A stretch of DNA of 50,499 bases from Paraglaciecola arctica. GTDB taxonomy: Bacteria; Pseudomonadota; Gammaproteobacteria; Enterobacterales; Alteromonadaceae. The stretch lies in contig QIJM01000245.1 of NCBI GenBank assembly GCA_003232445.1, forward strand, positions 1 through 50,499, given 5' to 3'. How positions within the stretch are numbered: position 1 is the first letter of the stretch; each line of letters starts with the position of its first letter. Positions 47,937-50,499 of this stretch are shown here, in pieces. A program made the translations under genes and the position numbers. The notes beneath the pieces are model-generated. The model did no database searches. It saw only the letters and a program-made list of their open reading frames with translations, and was not told where the DNA came from.

Positions 47937-50234
47937 TCATATTTGAACAAAAATATCACCATTTACTTCGTTGCCACCGGCTTTTTTTGCTTTATACAAA
48001 CTGATGTCCGCTTGGGTCATCAGTTCGTCGGCAGTGACAGTTGCTAAGTTTGCGAATTCGGCAGTCGTCATTCCGATACTAACCGTTATTACTTTATGTG
48101 CAGAAAGAGCATGCTCATAAACGAGTGACGCCACGCTATTTTTTAACCTCACTGCTATTTCATGGGCGCCATCCAAAGGGGTGTTGGGTAATATCACGAT
48201 AAATTCTTCACCACCCATCCGCGCAATAAAATCAGCGGGGCGTTTTAAATGTAATGCTAAAAAGCTAGCGACCTTTTGCAAACATTGATCGCCCGCTAAA
48301 TGGCCATAGTTGTCGTTATATAATTTGAATTTGTCTAAATCGATCTTTAATAAAGATATAGGCGTTTTATCCCTTTTTGAACGAGCCAGTTCGTCAGTGA
48401 TCCTTTCTTTGTAAGCTCGGCGATTAGCGACTTGAGTGAGTTCGTCGGTTAAACCTTGAGCCAGCAGTAAGTCTTTTTTTTGTTTGAGAACCAAATGTGT
48501 AGTTACACGTGCCTTGACTATTTCTTTGACAAAAGGTTTCGATATAAAATCCACTGCACCAAGAGTCAGGCATTTTACTTCATCTGCATTATTTTCACTG
48601 GTAATAAAAATGATTGGAATTTCAGCATACTTAGGTGTTTGTTTTAGTTTTTTACATGTTGTAAACCCATCCATAATTGGCATATGGATATCTAAAAGTA
48701 TGAGATCAGGCATCTCTTGTGCGATTTTATCTAGGGCTTGTTGGCCATTTTCTGCTGTGCTCAGTTGATATTTATCCTTCAACAAGTCCTGTAATATCGC
48801 GATACTGACTGGATCATCATCCACAACCAGAACTTGTTGGATCTGTTTTGTCTCACTGAAGGGATTAAGCAGAGGAACAAAAGTAGGTAAAGATGTCAAA
48901 GTGTCAACAGGTACTGGGTTAATGTCAGCTTCTTTGCCTTGGGGTAGCTCACTATCATTGGGCGTATGTGCTTCAAGCAGCCTGTCTAAATCCTGAATTA
49001 CCCCTTTTAGCTCTACATATAAGCTTTGAATACTTTTCAGATGAGTATTAGAGCCTATTTCTCCGTCAAAATTTTCATAAGCCCTAGCCAAGTTTCCTAA
49101 ATTTTCAGCACCGACGTATTCTGCCACTCCAGCAATGTTATGCGCAATATTTGATGTCTCGCTATGACTGTTTTGCACAATGGCTTGTTCGAATAGTGGT
49201 AGCTCACGTCCATGACTATTTTTAAAGATAACCATCAGTCTTATGACCTTGGACTGTTCATTATTAGAACGAGACATTGCCAAATTAAAGTCCACATGAG
49301 TTAGCTCAGCTTTACTAGCGGACAATTCAGTCGGTGTATCTCGTTGGTCTAATATTTTGTTAGTAACGGGTTGATGCTGAATATATTGTTCTAATGTGGA
49401 GTACAGTTCGTCTACCTCAATCGGCTTAGATAAATGTGCATTCATCCCCGCGTCTAGACAAGCCTGTTTGTGCTGTTCCATTGCGTTGGCAGTCATGGCA
49501 ATAATAGGTAGAGATCCACCTTCTGGTAAGGTTCGAATAATTTCAGCCGCTTCGATCCCACCCATAACCGGCATCTGTAAGTCCATGAGTACGGCGTGAT
49601 ATTGATGTTTTTGCACTTGTTCAACGGCTTCTTTGCCATTTTCCGCTATGTCGTATGTGACGCCAACTTGATCCAGACATTCAGCGGTAATTTGTTGGTT
49701 AATGAAGTTATCTTCCACGACAAGAACATGGGCACCTTGCAGTTTTGTGTTGTTTGCAAGTTGGCATTTTTCGTCAATAAGGCTGTCATTGGCACTACTT
49801 TCAGTAAAACAGTTCAGCAATATATTATACAAGTCAGAATCAGAAATTTTCCCATTTACGAGTTCATTAGCCGCATTTATTGCGAGGTTAACTCTTTTGC
49901 TGGTTTGTCTTAGTACTCGATAGATAAGCCAAGCAGAAATAATTAAGCCGACCAAACTCAATAGAAATAACTCTGTAGCTGTCAGTAACACAAACAAGCC
50001 ATTGGTTTGTGCTTGAGCCATGGTTTTCAAGCCGACAGTGTATCGATTATTGCCTTCAATTTTTGTTGCCAAATCGGGTGCAATAACAACAAGGCTTTGT
50101 TGATTGTTTTTGAGTTCATTTTGCGCATAGAAATAGTATTGCAACGCAACAATGCTGAATATGATCAAAATGACTGGGACAAAGCCTTTTAGCAGGATAT
50201 GTTTTGATAGCAGATCGAGTTTTCTTGCTGGCAT
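47937..50234 (-). CDS. Membrane REC-HPt-REC-GGDEF diguanylate cyclase
   Basis: LMDLQMP, AHNIAG (HPt His), LLDIHMP, RPAD I-site, GGEEF. Confidence 0.88.
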   Translation of the reverse strand: MPARKLDLLSKHILLKGFVPVILIIFSIVALQYYFYAQNELKNNQQSLVVIAPDLATKIEGNNRYTVGLKTMAQAQTNGLFVLLTATELFLLSLVGLIISAWLIYRVLRQTSKRVNLAINAANELVNGKISDSDLYNILLNCFTESSANDSLIDEKCQLANNTKLQGAHVLVVEDNFINQQITAECLDQVGVTYDIAENGKEAVEQVQKHQYHAVLMDLQMPVMGGIEAAEIIRTLPEGGSLPIIAMTANAMEQHKQACLDAGMNAHLSKPIEVDELYSTLEQYIQHQPVTNKILDQRDTPTELSASKAELTHVDFNLAMSRSNNEQSKVIRLMVIFKNSHGRELPLFEQAIVQNSHSETSNIAHNIAGVAEYVGAENLGNLARAYENFDGEIGSNTHLKSIQSLYVELKGVIQDLDRLLEAHTPNDSELPQGKEADINPVPVDTLTSLPTFVPLLNPFSETKQIQQVLVVDDDPVSIAILQDLLKDKYQLSTAENGQQALDKIAQEMPDLILLDIHMPIMDGFTTCKKLKQTPKYAEIPIIFITSENNADEVKCLTLGAVDFISKPFVKEIVKARVTTHLVLKQKKDLLLAQGLTDELTQVANRRAYKERITDELARSKRDKTPISLLKIDLDKFKLYNDNYGHLAGDQCLQKVASFLALHLKRPADFIARMGGEEFIVILPNTPLDGAHEIAVRLKNSVASLVYEHALSAHKVITVSIGMTTAEFANLATVTADELMTQADISLYKAKKAGGNEVNGDIFVQI

Positions 50235-50351
50235 ATTGAGGCTTTTTACTTAATATATAGGGCACCAATATAGTTCAATAGAGATGCCGATTTCCAGTAA
50301 AATCAGCTAAATGCTCTATGTTTAAAAAACTTCGCTGACTTTTCTAGAAGA

Positions 50352-50499
50352 TTATTCTGCTATAAAACGAATGACGCTAGGGTTTAATTGCGTTTCTAAG
50401 CGATTGACTAATTGTGAATTGGTTTCAGTGTCAATAATTTCGACTCCTGGTGCGGTATCTTCTATAACACTTACCCATAAAAAACCTGCGGCATCAATG
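50352..50499 (-). CDS. C-terminal end of an unknown protein (partial)
   Basis: Open frame from window edge: IDAAGFLWVSVIEDTAPGVEIIDTETNSQLVNRLETQLNPSVIRFIAE*; looks like a beta-propeller blade. Confidence 0.6.
   Translation of the reverse strand, partial: IDAAGFLWVSVIEDTAPGVEIIDTETNSQLVNRLETQLNPSVIRFIAE

Overview
Gammaproteobacterial chromosome segment. Gene content and order suggest Alteromonadaceae (e.g. Paraglaciecola-like); this is inference. The left ~17 kb is conserved backbone: rpoD 5' end, dnaG, yqeY, rpsU, tsaD, plsY, folB, folK, uppP, hinT, a GGDEF-EAL protein, an M49-type peptidase, HDOD, rdgC, a sensor kinase and phoBR. The middle (~19.0-43.1 kb) is an accessory locus in which a Wzx/Wzy exopolysaccharide cluster is interleaved with a complete lasso-peptide pathway. 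The highlight is a 51-aa lasso precursor missing from the ORF track (37674-37829, minus strand; leader ...YVKPELTKIGSLAELTQ, core GFAGSVPDENGGHTKRNPFQG). It sits 11 nt behind a PEP-CTERM-type surface protein gene. The pathway also has a cyclase, split B1/B2 proteins and an ABC exporter. An HPr-kinase-like gene heads the glycosyltransferase run, and an NTP_transf_5-type nucleotidyltransferase ends the export operon. Short duplications disrupt genes at both edges of the locus, and an 11-bp tandem repeat lies at the 5' end of the cyclase. The right end holds a frameshifted zinc metalloprotease, a nucleotidylyltransferase-like protein and signalling genes. I found no rRNA, tRNA, CRISPR array, integrase or transposase.
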